NCBI GenBank assembly: GCA_013265495.1
Contig: MU058667.1
Span: forward strand, 310,001-374,000
Length of the DNA: 64,000 nucleotides
Reading direction: 5' to 3'
From: Vicugna vicugna
Taxonomy: Eukaryota
Positions 26,430-40,049 of the stretch are shown in pieces. The position numbers were made by a program, and so were the translations under genes. The number at the start of each line of letters is the position of its first letter. Position 1 is the stretch's first letter. Below the pieces are notes generated by a model, which saw nothing but the letters and a program-made list of their open reading frames with translations, made no database searches and had not been told where the DNA came from.

Positions 26430-27478
26430 ATTTCCTCAATGATTGTATCTGGTCCCATGGATTTAAGTATGTAAATGAATGAGACCTCTTCCTTGAACCC
26501 AAACCTGAATAGCCAACTGCTTGATTCCTTAATGTTTCCATTTATAGCTGTCCTGCACCTCAAACTTAATATGCCCCCAAACAAAACTTTGATACTCTCC
26601 TCAGACCTGTTGCGTCCATAGTCCTCCTCACTTCAGTAAAAGAATATTTTATCCTTCCATTTTGTGAAACCAAAAATCTTTTAATAATTTGTGAATTCTC
26701 TCTTGTACCCCGCATTCAAACCATCAAGAAATTCCACCAACTCTGCTTTTGAAGTACATTCAGAATCTTAACTTTTCTCCCCCTCTACCACTATGATCTG
26801 GTCCAGCCACAGTCATCTTTCTCCTCCTAGTTAGCCTCCTTGCTTCTAACTTTGCCCCTCTGTGGTCTCTTTTCCAACCAGTGGCCAAAGTGATTATCCT
26901 AGAATTTAAGATGGATCTTGTCGCTCCTCTGCCGAGAACCTTCCAAAGCCCTTACCTCGCCCAGAGGGCCTGCAGGAGCCGCAGACCACGCCCGCCCCTC
27001 CGCTGTCTCTGTGCCCTCATTTCCTACCATCACTTCTGCCCCGTCCTGCTCCAGCTGCAGGAATCTACTTGCTGTTCTCCTTACATGCCACACAGACTCC
27101 TTATCACGGGCTTTGTACTTGCCCTTCCTTCACACTGAAATGCCCTTCCCTCAATTCAGTCAGGTTTCTGATAAATTACCAAGTTCCACCTTCTCAGAGA
27201 GGTCCTTCCTGACCACGCTGTTTTGTTTTTTGTTTTAAAAAAAAAAAAAAGAGGCCTAACTCGGTCACTGTTTCTCCCCTTATCCTGCTTTGCTTTTTGC
27301 CATAGCAGTTACCACCACATGCATACTTCCCTTTTTCATCCTGCCTCTCCCCCACCAGGAATGCCAGCGGTATGAAAGCGGGGGTTCTGTACTGTCCACG
27401 GTTACGTCCTTAGAACCTAAACGAGTGCTTACACGTACACATAGTAGGCACTCAGTCAATATTTGTTGAATAAATCAG
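26430..27478 (+). mobile_element. L2 LINE 3' portion
   Basis: cacctcaaacttaatatg...ccagtggccaaagtgat...ccttctcagagaggtccttcctgaccac...atagtaggcactcagtcaatatttgttgaataaat. Confidence 0.85.
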
Positions 27479-29700
27479 TGAGCCTTAATACATGAATGGA
27501 GACTGTGATTTGATTTATGTTATAATAGCTGAATCCATCAAATAGTGAGGCACCTTTTAATGGAATCTGTTTTGGATAAATCTTCATGTTCAATGCCATA
27601 CTTTTTACATTTTACAATGGTGTTTCATAGTTAGGCTGAGACTCAGATAATACTCTTGCTGTCAAAATGCAGGGCAAAATTACTACTTTAAAGATTCTTT
27701 TTATGGGAATAATTCCTTTTTTGTCCTTTTGACATGGACATCTGACCCCCAATTACATGACCAGACCTTACACACATGAATGGAGGGAAGAACAGCCCCT
27801 TTTGAACCGGTGCTAAGACTTTATCAGTATGAAGTGCTTCCCACAGGGTTCTGCTGAAAGGACCCAACTTCCATCAGAATGAAATTGCAAATTCATTTGC
27901 AGACGCCCTTTTATATTCGAAAGCTATTTTTTGATGTTTGGTCTGCGATTAGATTTATTGTTTAAGGTCACAAATAGGCAATCCTGACTAGACCAAGTTG
28001 TCAGAATCCTTTATCTCTTCAGCGTTGCACGAAGACAAATGGCTATCTTGTAACAATAACGCCCCAAAGCCAAAATTTGTTCCCAGTTGTACATAATCTT
28101 TTAATCAATCTGCTGCTTTCTGTTTTCCTGTCAATAGACTCCCAGCCTGCCTCCTCACCACCCCACCTATGTAGAAGTTAGCCAATTATGGGTTTTAAAT
28201 TACTGAGAAACACTTTCTTCAGATGGAAAAAGATAAGTTTAAGAATTTTAATGCTATAATTTTCCCGTGTACATTTTTAGCTTAGCATACGAATTATTTT
28301 GTCTTTACCCTCATTAAGGGTAGATAATTATGTCGTATGTTAGCTACATTCTCTGGTTACATTCTCACTGTTAACATGACCACAAAGTAGATGATGTTGC
28401 TTAATTGAAATGAATTCTTAAGTGTTTTAAAACATCTCAGTGAACATAGATTAAATTTTTTCCTGAGATTCTGTATGTCCTCTGATAAAAACGTATGTTT
28501 AAACGTTTTAAGATAAATTCCTTACATTTTTGTGCATTTCCTTTGTGACCTTTCATTTAAAAGGCATACAGAAGGAACTGCCCAGTTAGATTTAATGCTG
28601 TACTTTTTATCCAAGAATATCCAGGGTCTAATATTTACATATGTTAGAGCATCATTGTATCACCCATCTTTATAGTTTCTCCAATGGATTTTGAAGCTAG
28701 ATGCACAAAGATTTTTCTTAGTAACTTGATTATACCTATAGATCAGGCCATTAAGACCAGTATAGTAATGCCTCCCACTTTAAAATCTTGTTTAAACACT
28801 TTCTGCAGATGTGAGACTCCTCCACCCCACCCCCACCCTTAATTGCCACGTAGTTTCAGTCTTCCCCAAGTAAAATGAATACACTATTTTAGGAGGAGGT
28901 ATAAGAGAAAACTATGAATATTAAGTCAAGTGAAGTCCCTCACCCCCTGCCAAATTCTTACTGCTGTTTGTTTTGTGACCCCTGGGAAGCTGCTGCATTT
29001 TGGGGGCCTCTGCACAGCTATGGAACAGAGAAACGCCTATTCATAGAGCTGTGATACAGTTGGATGAGATAACACATAAAGCGGGCGCAGACAGCGCCAG
29101 CAGGAGTAAGCGCTGGTTAATATTTGGACCCTCTCTTTGTGGCCCCCGCCCCTTCCTCATGCTACATCATCTGTTCTGACTGAGCTTATTCACAAGTTAA
29201 AACTGGTGAACTAAACTTGAAGCCTTTTTGTGCCTGCCAGCTCTGCGTTGCTCTGCATTCGCTGAATTAATAAGCAGGGAGCAGTCAGGACCTTGAATTG
29301 ACCTGTGCATAATACCCAGCAGGTGTATGTGGCCTTTTTCTTCACAGCAATCCCCCAGGGATTGGCTAGAATGAAGAATAGTCCACTCCCAGCCTTCATG
29401 TTAAGTCCACATGAAGCCCTTAGAAGATTTACTTCAAGTGTCTCTTCAACCTGTAAATCTGAGAATTGAGCCTTGAATTGTGTTAAGATGCCATAGGGAG
29501 GCATCCCCGTTTTAATCATTCTGTGTAAGGTGGGTGGCTTCATTATTTGCTGTTTGATGATTTGTACTGCTCAGGTCAGTGTCTTTTTAAAAGAGTTTCA
29601 CCTTAAAAAAATCATTTTCAGGAAAAATTTTAATAGCTGTTTAATATACTACTTTATATCTCAAAACGTGTTATTTCACCATTGTAAATTTTTGTTTCAG

Positions 29701-29742
29701 GTGCAAAGATGGTTTGAAAGGATTTACGTTCTCTGCACTTAG
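29701..29742 (+). CDS. TMEM135: TMEM135 coding exon (exon 7 in human numbering), (R)CKDGLKGFTFSAL(R)
   Basis: tttgtttcag acceptor, AG|gtaagt donor, 42 nt, phase 2/2; peptide matches TMEM135 as I recall it. Confidence 0.96.
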   Translation: MQRWFERIYVLCT

Positions 29743-30488
29743 GTAAGTAGTGTATTTTATTTACCTTTATGTTAAGAGAATTAACAGTCAACTTTTAAAA
29801 GAAATATCATAATTATAAAAAATACTTGCTGACTCCATTTTTAATCAGAAAGTAATGTTAAAAATCACAAATGTGGCTTTGTGGACATTTCATTAACAGA
29901 GTAATTTGTTGATTTTTTCCCCCTAAAAATCAAGTCAGTCAGTCAACCACATTTTCGAGGCCTATTGTGTGCCTTAAACCATGGAGTGTCAAAGAATTAC
30001 CAGAACTCTGTTCAAGGAGCTTGGGGAGACAAAACTACACAGGAACAATCACTGGAAAACTCAGTACTGAACTGTGTGGTACCAGACTATGTGCAGGGCT
30101 CATGCGTCGTCAGACATGTGGATTATCAGCTTCAATAGTCACTGGCATCTTCTTTTGACCTCATAGCCCATCTCTTACCACAGTCATTGTCACACAGTCA
30201 ATGCTGCAAACATGTTGGTTAGCATTGTACTTTATAGTTCTCCAAGCATTTTCACATACATTAGACAATTAAATTTTCTATATTATTGAATAGAATGTTT
30301 TTGGTTGTGGAAACTTTGTGGTAAATAGGAACTAAATCATAATGCACAGTAATTTCTTCATGTCATATTTTTCATGAAAAGGTCATGAAACTTACTGGAA
30401 AATAGCTTTTTGTTGTTGTTGTTGTGTTAGGTGCAAAGGATTCTGTGTTAAACCGACAGTTGGTAACAAAATCAAAAGTTGGTTTTCC

Positions 30489-30624
30489 AGCAGAAAGGAT
30501 ACAGCTCAGTGGTAGAGCACGTGCTTAGCATGCACAAGGTCCTGGGTTCAATCCCCAGTGCCCCCATTAATATTAGTAAGTTTTAAAAACCTAATTACCT
30601 CCCCCACCCCAGACAAACAAACAA
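30489..30624 (+). mobile_element. Vic-1-type camelid SINE with perfect 15-bp TSD
   Basis: cagctcagtggtagagc...ggttcaatcccc...aaacctaattacctcc; TSD AAAAGTTGGTTTTCC at 30474-30488 and 30625-30639. Confidence 0.92.
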
Positions 30625-30969
30625 AAAAGTTGGTTTTCCTAGAGAGAAAACTCTGCCATTGTCCCTGTATCTTTCCTTAGACGCCCAGAATCCTTGCGAA
30701 AACTCAAAATGTGTCAGATATTTCTGTGTGTTTTCTTCAAATCCACTTATAATTAAGGGCTGATTTGGACTATTTGAGCTTAACATTTTCTCTATGTTCT
30801 AGGAAAATATTCTGGAAAAGTTAATTCTTGCTAGTTCTGCAAGGTAATAGTGGAAGTTATGGGAATAGAAGAAGTCACAGCCAGAACCATGGGCGAAGAG
30901 CCAGTGCAGGCGTCTGAAGGGAGCCCGAGCCCGAGCTGTCATAGTTTAAAACACAGAAGCGTGCAGAGC

Positions 30970-31195
30970 TCGGTGATGAAGACCCTAGAGGCGTTAGAGT
31001 CAGACAGCTCTGGGTTCAAATAATTACTGTTATTTTTGATTGTGGACAAGCTGCTTTTGCATGCTAACTCTCATGGAAATTATGGTGCCTACTTCATAGT
31101 GTTACTATGACGGGTAAATTGATTTAATATTTTTTAAAAGGCTCAGTACTGTGCCTGTCATGTAGTAAAAGCTCAGAAAATGCCAGCTATTACTG
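30970..31195 (+). mobile_element. MIR SINE
   Basis: tagagtcagacagctctgggttcaaa...cctacttcatagtgtt...tgtgcctgtcatgtagtaa. Confidence 0.75.
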
Positions 31196-32108
31196 TATTC
31201 ATTTGATGTGTATTAACTAAGTATTTACTATGTGCCAGACTCTATGCAGGGCACTGGGATGACAGCAGAGAAGGTAAGCGTTGTCTCACAGATCCCACAG
31301 TTTAGTGAGGAAAGGAAACTACTAAAAAGCTGCTTCCCGTCCTAGGGGTCCACTGGGCTGAGAGTACAGAAGAAGGACGGCCCAGTCTCTCTAGCTTGGG
31401 GCAGGGACAGCTTCTCCGAGGAAGTGAGCTGTAATCTGAGTGGCCAGTCCTGGCTAAAATAGCAACAGTTTCTGAAATGTAGGAGAGGTGTTATTCTGTC
31501 TGTTCCAGCATACTTTTGTCCTGTTTGTTAAGAGCAGTAATGCACATCTTCCACTCTTCATTCACACCCACGATTAAGAACCAGATTCCTTTGGACTAGC
31601 AGTTACCAAGGAGGCACTGCTGCCACCTGGCGACAGTCAGTCTCATTGGACACCCCTTACAGTTTGATAAACTAGGTGTGTTTGGTACCAAGTTTATCCA
31701 AACGAGATGGGTTGCACTTGTTCATAGTAACGGTTTTTGTTTCTCTTTTATGAGTACTTTTAATTTTCTTACTGTTTGTCATAGTTCCCAGGTTCCAGAA
31801 TTTTCGGGTAGTATTATTGATCTCCTGTTTTATCTGTGTTTTGTGATATTTTCTGAAGGTTCAGCAGGTAGAGTTGCTTAAGGAAAGTTTAGCTATTCTT
31901 TATAAGAGCAATAACTCTTACAGTAAAGGTGCAAACAGCAAAAATGAGAGCTTTGTTGAAGGAGACTGACTGTTGGTAATGTTTTCTTTGTATTGTCTTT
32001 GGAAAAATATAGTCCAGCTTTGATGAGACAGGAATGGTGTCTCCTCCTGGATATTAGATTTTTCCGCATTGAAATAAGATTAGAATAACATCAAACTTGA
32101 GATTTTCT

Positions 32109-32204
32109 TTTCTTTCTTTCTTTTTGTTTTTAATGCAGGTCCTGAAAATTGAACCCGGGACCTCATGCACGTGCTCTAGCATTGAGCTATAGCCACCCCT
32201 CCCA
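32109..32204 (-). mobile_element. Diverged Vic-type tRNA-derived SINE
   Basis: attgaacccgggacctcatgca...tgagctata; TSD CAAACTTGAGATTTTCT (32092-32108) vs CAAATTTAAGATTTTCT (32205-32221). Confidence 0.8.
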
Positions 32205-32759
32205 CAAATTTAAGATTTTCTAATGAAGTAATGTGAGGAGGACACACAGAATCTTGACTACTTTCTGACTCTTTCTTCGGTTCCGTCTATTTCTTATGTG
32301 CATACAGTTGACCTGCAATGCAGCTGTTTTATGACTCAAAATGACATTAGATATAAATTTAGAGTAAAAAATGAGAAATGCATTCAATTGTAATATTAGT
32401 AAAATTTGAGAAAAAATAGAATTTTTTTGTCATTAACTAGTAGATCCAAGTTAATAGTTCATCTGCTTTCTTGTTTGAAAAAACTTTAAGGAGTGTAAAA
32501 GAAAGTACCCTATGTTAAAAGGGTGCTGCATCAAAGTGCTATGCTGTATTTTAGTTGGTAAATTTGATTTTAAGATAACTGCATTGTTAAAGAAGCGGTG
32601 ATTAACATTTTCTATTCAGACTCCAGAAGCCCATTTTTTTAAAGGATGATTAGACTTTATATAAATTATGGAAAGTATTATTTAAAATGATAAGGTACTG
32701 TCCAAAATGTATTTGTATGTAAACAAAATCAGTTTATTTTCTCATTGATTTTTTTTTAA

Positions 32760-32942
<183 letters not shown>

Positions 32943-33579
32943 TGAGTTCTTTATCTTGACATTTTAGCACATTTTGTCACTGTTTTATATGTTTTTGTAC
33001 CATGCCAAGATATTTTTGGTTTCTTTTCAGGTAATTTTTTTTTTACCAGAAACTGCATAGAGTTTTATAAAAAAGCACATGATGACAAGTGAATGTTATG
33101 TGTTATTTCTGGCAGGACTAAAGGCCATTATATGCCTTTAAAATAGATTTACATGAGATCGAAATACTTTTGTATTTCAAACTGAGCAGAGTGGCAGGAG
33201 GCTAGAATGGAGAGCTTCTGGAAACAGATTAATATGTGCTAACCGAATGTGTCAAGTGTGGAAAGGAGAGAGAAAAGTTCCAAGAGAGATTCCAGAAGAT
33301 ATGGGAATAATGAGTAAACCTCAAGTAAAGGGTATTTTGCAAGAGGGGAAATGTTTAGGGCTTTGGAAATAAGAAATCTTTATTTGCATCTTATACAAAG
33401 AAGTCTAGATACAGATGAGTCTTCATTTGTATTTCAAGTGCAGATGTTTAAGAAGATAAATTTAATGGTTTAAGACTAGAATATCAGACAATAAAAATAA
33501 TCTTGGAGTGCTTTATAGAGTGTGGAATGAGTAGGCAATACAGAAAATTAGGGGACCACCTACAGGAAGCTGATGGCCT

Positions 33580-33770
33580 TTAGGAAGACTGTGTCGACTC
33601 ATTTTGCCCCTCCTGGCTTTGTGACTTTGAGCAAGTGATTTAACCACTGTATCCCAAGGTCCTCACTGGTTAACTGGGGTTAACATTCTTTAAGGAGTGT
33701 TGTGTGCAGTAAATGAAATAACATAAGCGTTGCCTCATATACATGAGCACAGAGTAGGCGCTCAAACTTT
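33580..33770 (+). mobile_element. MIR SINE
   Basis: tgtgactttgagcaagtgatttaacc...agcacagagtaggcgctcaa. Confidence 0.7.
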
Positions 33771-35385
33771 TTACTGAATGTAAAGACTTTGTCTTCATTT
33801 TAGCACACAACGCAGAAGGTAAGAGGAAAGAAGGGATCGTAGACGGCAGGATGAATTGTGGTAGTGAATTTACTGAGCAGGTGCAGAACAGTTCCGTGCT
33901 ACCTTAGTAGAGGAGAGGGACAGGGTCTTGCTGGCGGGCATCATGTCAGAAAGGGTCACAGGGGGATGCAGAAAATGCATGATGTGGGGGAGTGAAGTCT
34001 TGGGTATCAGAGCTGACGAGGTCATGGCAGAACGTGTCAGAGTAGCCTCAGTGGGTGCACGGTGTGACAGCAGGTGCAGGAGAACATATACGCAGAGTGG
34101 GGAATATAGGATAATGAGCCGTCCGGCACTTGGGAAGCCATTTTGATGACAGACTAGGAGAGATTAAATGACAACATAGTTGATGTCAGAATCTGACTTC
34201 ACTAGCAAAGAGTTGAACGATTTCTCTGTAGTTCATGTAGCAATGGCTGAGAAATGTCTTTGAAGAGGACACTTGGAAGTGTGAAGAGTGATGGTTTACA
34301 CAAGGCATCCTTCTCTGATTCACCACTTTTCAGGCCCCTAGCTTTAATCACTCAGCAACTTCACATGACCAGATATGTCATATCATTCTAACGACGTAAG
34401 GACCATGGTCAGGATGAAGTATTGCCGTCACCGCTGACTAGAAAAAGCCGCTGATATACTCCAGCTGCTGTGCAGAACTGCAGCTTTCGGGGAAAGGTCT
34501 TGATAATCAATTTGCAAATGGAATTAGAGAGATGTGGAGCCAGACTATCACTCTACAAGTTACTGTTCTAAACAGGAAAGAGTTAATGTGTTCCGACCAT
34601 GAAGATAATGAATTAACCACGGTCTGAAAGGGTTACAAAGGGTGCTGATTTTGGAACATGCACTCTTCAAAGGCAAAGGGGAAGAGCTAAACCCACATTA
34701 GATGTTCTGCTTACTTGTTTACGCCCAGAGTGAATAAACAGTCCTGGAGTCAACATACCAAATAATTAACATAAGTGTGTCCTGAACAGTAGTCCTTCCA
34801 GCAGAAGTGTTTATTAAATATCAGAGGACTAGGCGGTCTACAGTTAAATCGCAAATATGCTACTTTTGAATTCCCATATGATCCATTTTTATATTTATTT
34901 TAAAAACTGGATTTTATATTCTAATACTATATTAGGTTTCTTTCCCATATGTTTTCTCTCAAATATAATTAAGTATAAATTCCTGTAACCTGAGCACATT
35001 CTCATTATGATTTCTGCTCAAGTACTGACTTCATGGATAATTTACGACCGTTATACACTACAATAAGCGATTTAAAGCTTTCAAAAGATCTGGCATGTAT
35101 AGAGATAACATGTACATACTTTTCATATTTAGTCACAAATATTTACCAGTATGGTTTTTCTGTTCCACATTCAAATATTTTGACAGCAGTCGCATATTTT
35201 GTACACTGTGTCAAATGGGGAGCAGCAAAGGACAAAAAAATCTGTTATCTTTGCCTCTGTACGTCCTGAGAAATCAAAAGATGCACAAGATTAAGAAAAG
35301 TTGATAACGTTTTCTCCTTCTTTGGTTAGAAAGTTTTAAGTAGATCAACACACACACACACGCACACACATTTTAATTATGTTAG

Positions 35386-35484
<99 letters not shown>

Positions 35485-36026
35485 TAAAATCTACTTTAAT
35501 AACCACAGAGAGTGTGTATAGAAAGAACTTATTTATTAAAATGTAATTTCAAAGTAAATGGAAGAGCTGACAGTAATTGCTGTCATTCCTTGCATGTGAC
35601 TTGAAGACATTTGTGAGAAACAGGAAACGGTTCAGCCTTCAGATCCTTAGTTAAATAATTTTAAAATTGGCTTATTAGTGTAAAACTTACAAAGTAGAAG
35701 AGAGAGTGAAGCAACGACAAAGACAGAAAAGTCAAGTCATTAGAATGAGTACCATGCAGTGTATCCTCATTAGACGTCTTAGGAGAAGGCCCCAGGCCGT
35801 GCCTTGGGCTGGTGGGTGAGCGGGCACGCACACACACTGTGCGCAGTCTGGGACTGTGGCATTTGGTTTTGGACTCGTAGAGCTGTTACATTTTTTTTAA
35901 GGCATGGTGGTAACTGGAGCATGTCCACAGTTGTTCTACATTAAGAAAGTTAGTTATGCCCCCGGCATAAATTCCCTGCTCCCTAATATACCAGCGTGCC
36001 AGTGCGGCCCAGTGTACTCCACCCAC

Positions 36027-36052
36027 NNNNNNNNNNNNNNNNNNNNNNNNNN
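36027..36052. other. Assembly gap (26 N)
   Basis: N run flanked by C-rich sequence. Confidence 0.99.
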
Positions 36053-36949
36053 CCCCGGCAAGGATGTTATTTTCATTTCAGTCAGTCTGGCACAGGTGGC
36101 ACCACCTGCTACAAGTTCTTTAGTTTTGGATGGCGCTCTAACAATCCTCATGCTTTAGAAAATTTATGCTCCTTCTCCCACATCTGATCCCCACTCCACT
36201 GACGGTGAGAAGAGCAGAGCTGTACAGCACCCCAAAGACAGCCTCCTGATGGGCGCTCTCTGGGGGAGGGACTGTTCGCACGAGTGCTGAGGAACGCGAA
36301 TGCCTGTGGCCCAGTATTGATGGTGGCTGTCAGCCAAGTCAACACTTACCTTTCGGGGTCCCAAAGACGGGACCCAGGGGTAGAGGCAGGAGAGTATTTT
36401 TTTTAGTTGTGCAGAACTTTCTGATACACTCCTTCCAATTAAAAAAGGAAAAAAAGAGGAAAGTAGTAGCAGCCTCAAGCCCGCCAGCTCCCGGAGGGTC
36501 GCCATTCCCTCCGCTGGACAGAGTTCTAGCGCAAGGGATGCTTCAGGCGGGAACTGAGAAAAGTGTTCTGATTACATCAGCAATTTGAGAAATTTGGGGG
36601 ACAGGGCAGGTGATACTTTGCTAAAAATTAGACAAGTTAGAATTACTGAGCAATGAAAAAATAGTCATTCTTTCAAATGTGTGCCAGTACTGTAAACTTG
36701 CTAACTTATGTACAGTTCTGTGTCCATGGATGTAAAATTATTTGAAGAGCTGTGGGTGAGGAATGTACATCACAAATATAGTAAAATATTTTGACAGTGC
36801 ACCTCATTATTCCATAGATGCAGTTACACTCCATGTTAAATCACATCCCTGAGTCAACATTCAGATGAATTGCCTTCCCCGTGACTCACTGTACTGCATT
36901 CGCACTAACTTTTTGTTGGTACCAGCCAATCTCTGCTTTGGCTTTGTCT

Positions 36950-37290
36950 TTTGATCCAAGCTATCTGAAGTGTTTTCCCATGCTCGCTCCTCTTCTGTGT
37001 CTATTTAAATGCCACATCCTCAGTAGCCTTCCCTTACCGCTCTGATACAGATTTCCCTGTTAATTTGTCTCCCAGTGCCCTGATTAATTCCTTCACAATG
37101 CTCATTATAACCTGTAATTATTTTCTGTTTGTTTGATTACTTATTTTGTCTTCCTCCAATGAGCATGGAAGCTCCATGAAGGCGAGAACTTTGTGTCCGC
37201 TTCACTACTCTTTCCCCTGCGTCCAGGGTAATGTTTGGCACATATGAGGCATTTGGCACAGCATGAGATGACTGAACATGAGTGTGATCT
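36950..37290 (+). mobile_element. L2 3' fragment
   Basis: aaatgccacatcctcag...ccttccct...aagctccatgaaggcgagaactttgt...tggcacatatgaggca. Confidence 0.75.
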
Positions 37291-38417
37291 CTGAATCCTT
37301 AGATTAATATTATAAGGTTGTCAATGACAAGAAAGACGTTTGTCCACTTCATGCATTAAACAAACACTCGGCAGTTTCAGTTCAGCAAATGCATGGTGAT
37401 TCATACTAGTTGATTAGACTATTTAATTTCCATGTTTTAACCAGGTATTGGGTCATTTCAGGTTAATTAATGAATGTTTCTTCATAGGAATTCAGTTTTT
37501 TTCTAAAAAAGAAGGCTACTGTCCAGAAGATACAACCTGACCTTTGGAAGTTAGCAGCACACATTGCTCAGAATGTGGACCTTTTCCCATTCTGGTGGGG
37601 GTAACAGAGGAGGGGGTTGGAGGCCAGCAGTACAGCGTATTGGTTGGATCATGTATATTCTTTTTGACAGTATTTTGTTTCAGGATAACTGGAATTTTTC
37701 AGTCTCTTGGTTTTAAGTGAGATCAAACTTCATTTTCCTAAATACTGAAACGAAATTGACCGACACCTGTCATCCTCTCCCTTCCCCTTTGCACTATACA
37801 CGGTTGCAGGTGATGCGGAGAAACATGGACAGCAAATGTGGATTTGTGGCAGACTTGCTTTTCCAAGTTTTGTTCAGTTTACCTTAAGGCTACTGTTCCC
37901 TCAAGATACTTTAGCCTGACACATTAAGCAAAGGAAGAAAAATCCAGATAGAATTATTTCTTTTCCTGGGAAACTCTCTAAACCTGATTGTTTAAAAAGA
38001 TACCAAAGATGTAAACAAATAACACAAATTAATTTTTCTGTCAGAAGAATCCCTTTTCAAAGTAATGATTAAGAGACATTTTCTGTTAAAATTTTCCAGA
38101 GCATTTGTTTTTGTTAACTGTTTTTTTGGAATTTCAGTCCTTTTGTTTCTAAAACTCAGTTTTGGTTTATTTAGGATTTATAAATCCTGGTTATTGTCAA
38201 CATAATGTCAAGAAGTGGAAGTTTGGTGCATAGACAGGCTTGGCCAGTGCTTGGGAAACTTAAAGTTTTTGTAAATCAAAGAAAGTATATTCACTGCAAG
38301 ATTTAGATTTCACCCTTATTTTTGAGGCAATTATTTTAAAATTGAGGTTTCAGGACTTAATTTTGAAAATGGCTGCAATATAAACTTGCCTTAACTATTT
38401 ATTTAGTGCTGTTTTGA

Positions 38418-38909
<492 letters not shown>

Positions 38910-40049
38910 TAGACACTGAGAAAACATGAATGTCTTTATTTCTAACATCAGAAGTGATACTAATCTACCTGATCTATTTGTCTCTTAATCATATTTACTA
39001 CCTAGTTATTAATTTAAACATTTTCAGACCCTTCTAGCTGATATCAACCCTTGATAGAACCAGTAAGGATTTTGTTGTACCTTATGTAAGCGGTGACTTA
39101 CTTTCTGTGTCTCCTCACTGTTTCTGCTACACTCCCTCAAGTCAACAAATTTAACATTCTCCCACCTCTCTCTGCATGTTCCTATTGATGCACCCACACG
39201 TGTATGAACACACACCTAAACACGCGCGTAGGGTGTGTGACACAGTACCCTGCAGTTTGAAGTAATGGCCTTGTGTTTAATGGAAATCACTGATAAGAAA
39301 TCACATTACTGATATTTTATTAAACACCCGAAATTTAGATTCTAAATTTAAATGGTAAAGTATGTTAACTCAGGTTGATCTGTATGTGTGTGTGTGTGTG
39401 CATGAACACCCACACCGTTGTTAAAGACTGAATTCTGGAATTACTTTGGGTAAGATAATTGTGTATCATTTTATGTAACAGTTTATTTTTAAAAGGTAGA
39501 TATGGAGAAGGTATTTAGAAATGGAAAGTAACAACTGACAAAATATAAACTACAGGGAGCTAACCACTTGTTATTGAAGTATTACTAGCATTGAAAGCAT
39601 CTTCAATATGATTTGACTAAGAAGCATTACTAATGTCTTTGAATATACAAGGGTTAATAGGGCAGAATATGGGTGATTTTATTTATAGTCACATTCTTTT
39701 TCATCTCTTGCATCAGAGTGTTTGTACTTATTCTTAAAATACACTCTTAAATGTTTATATGTGGATTATCTCCAACACTTTTTAGCCCAAGTTGGTTATT
39801 CTCCACCATCCAGCATATCTCAAAACATGGCTTTTTTGCTTTTCTTGTTGTTTTTTTTGTTTTACTTATTTCCATTTTTGTTACTATATTATTTGCTTAG
39901 GTAATACAAACTAATGGTATTAAACTAAGGATAATATGACTGGGTCAGAAAATCTCTTGTAAGAAATATTCATACGGTGTGCTCTAAAACCGTATGTGAT
40001 GAAAAATTTTTATCAGTTTTTTGCATCTTCCGAAGGACATAATTAAGAC

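Larger units (their letters stand above)
1..29700 (+). other. TMEM135: 3' part of a long TMEM135 intron (intron 6); the upstream exon lies outside the window
   Basis: No match found to the preceding exon peptide (recalled as VLLFCITAAMYMFFFR); repeat-rich DNA ending in the exon 7 acceptor. Confidence 0.8.

Noticed and set aside
30405..30440. ttag|gtgcaaag resembling the exon 7 start (possible duplicated exon)
   Set aside because: Only about 10 nt match and the frame stops soon after (AG G TGC AAA GGA TTC TGT GTT AAA CCG ACA GTT GGT AAC... runs into the SINE) with no further similarity
30498..30572. tRNA-like sequence with A and B boxes
   Set aside because: It is the head of a SINE with tail and 15-bp TSD, not a tRNA gene; the same applies at about 13960-14030 and 32135-32195
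38135..38160. cag|tccttttgttt resembling the start of TMEM135 exon 6
   Set aside because: Wrong position (intron 9) and the similarity ends after a few codons
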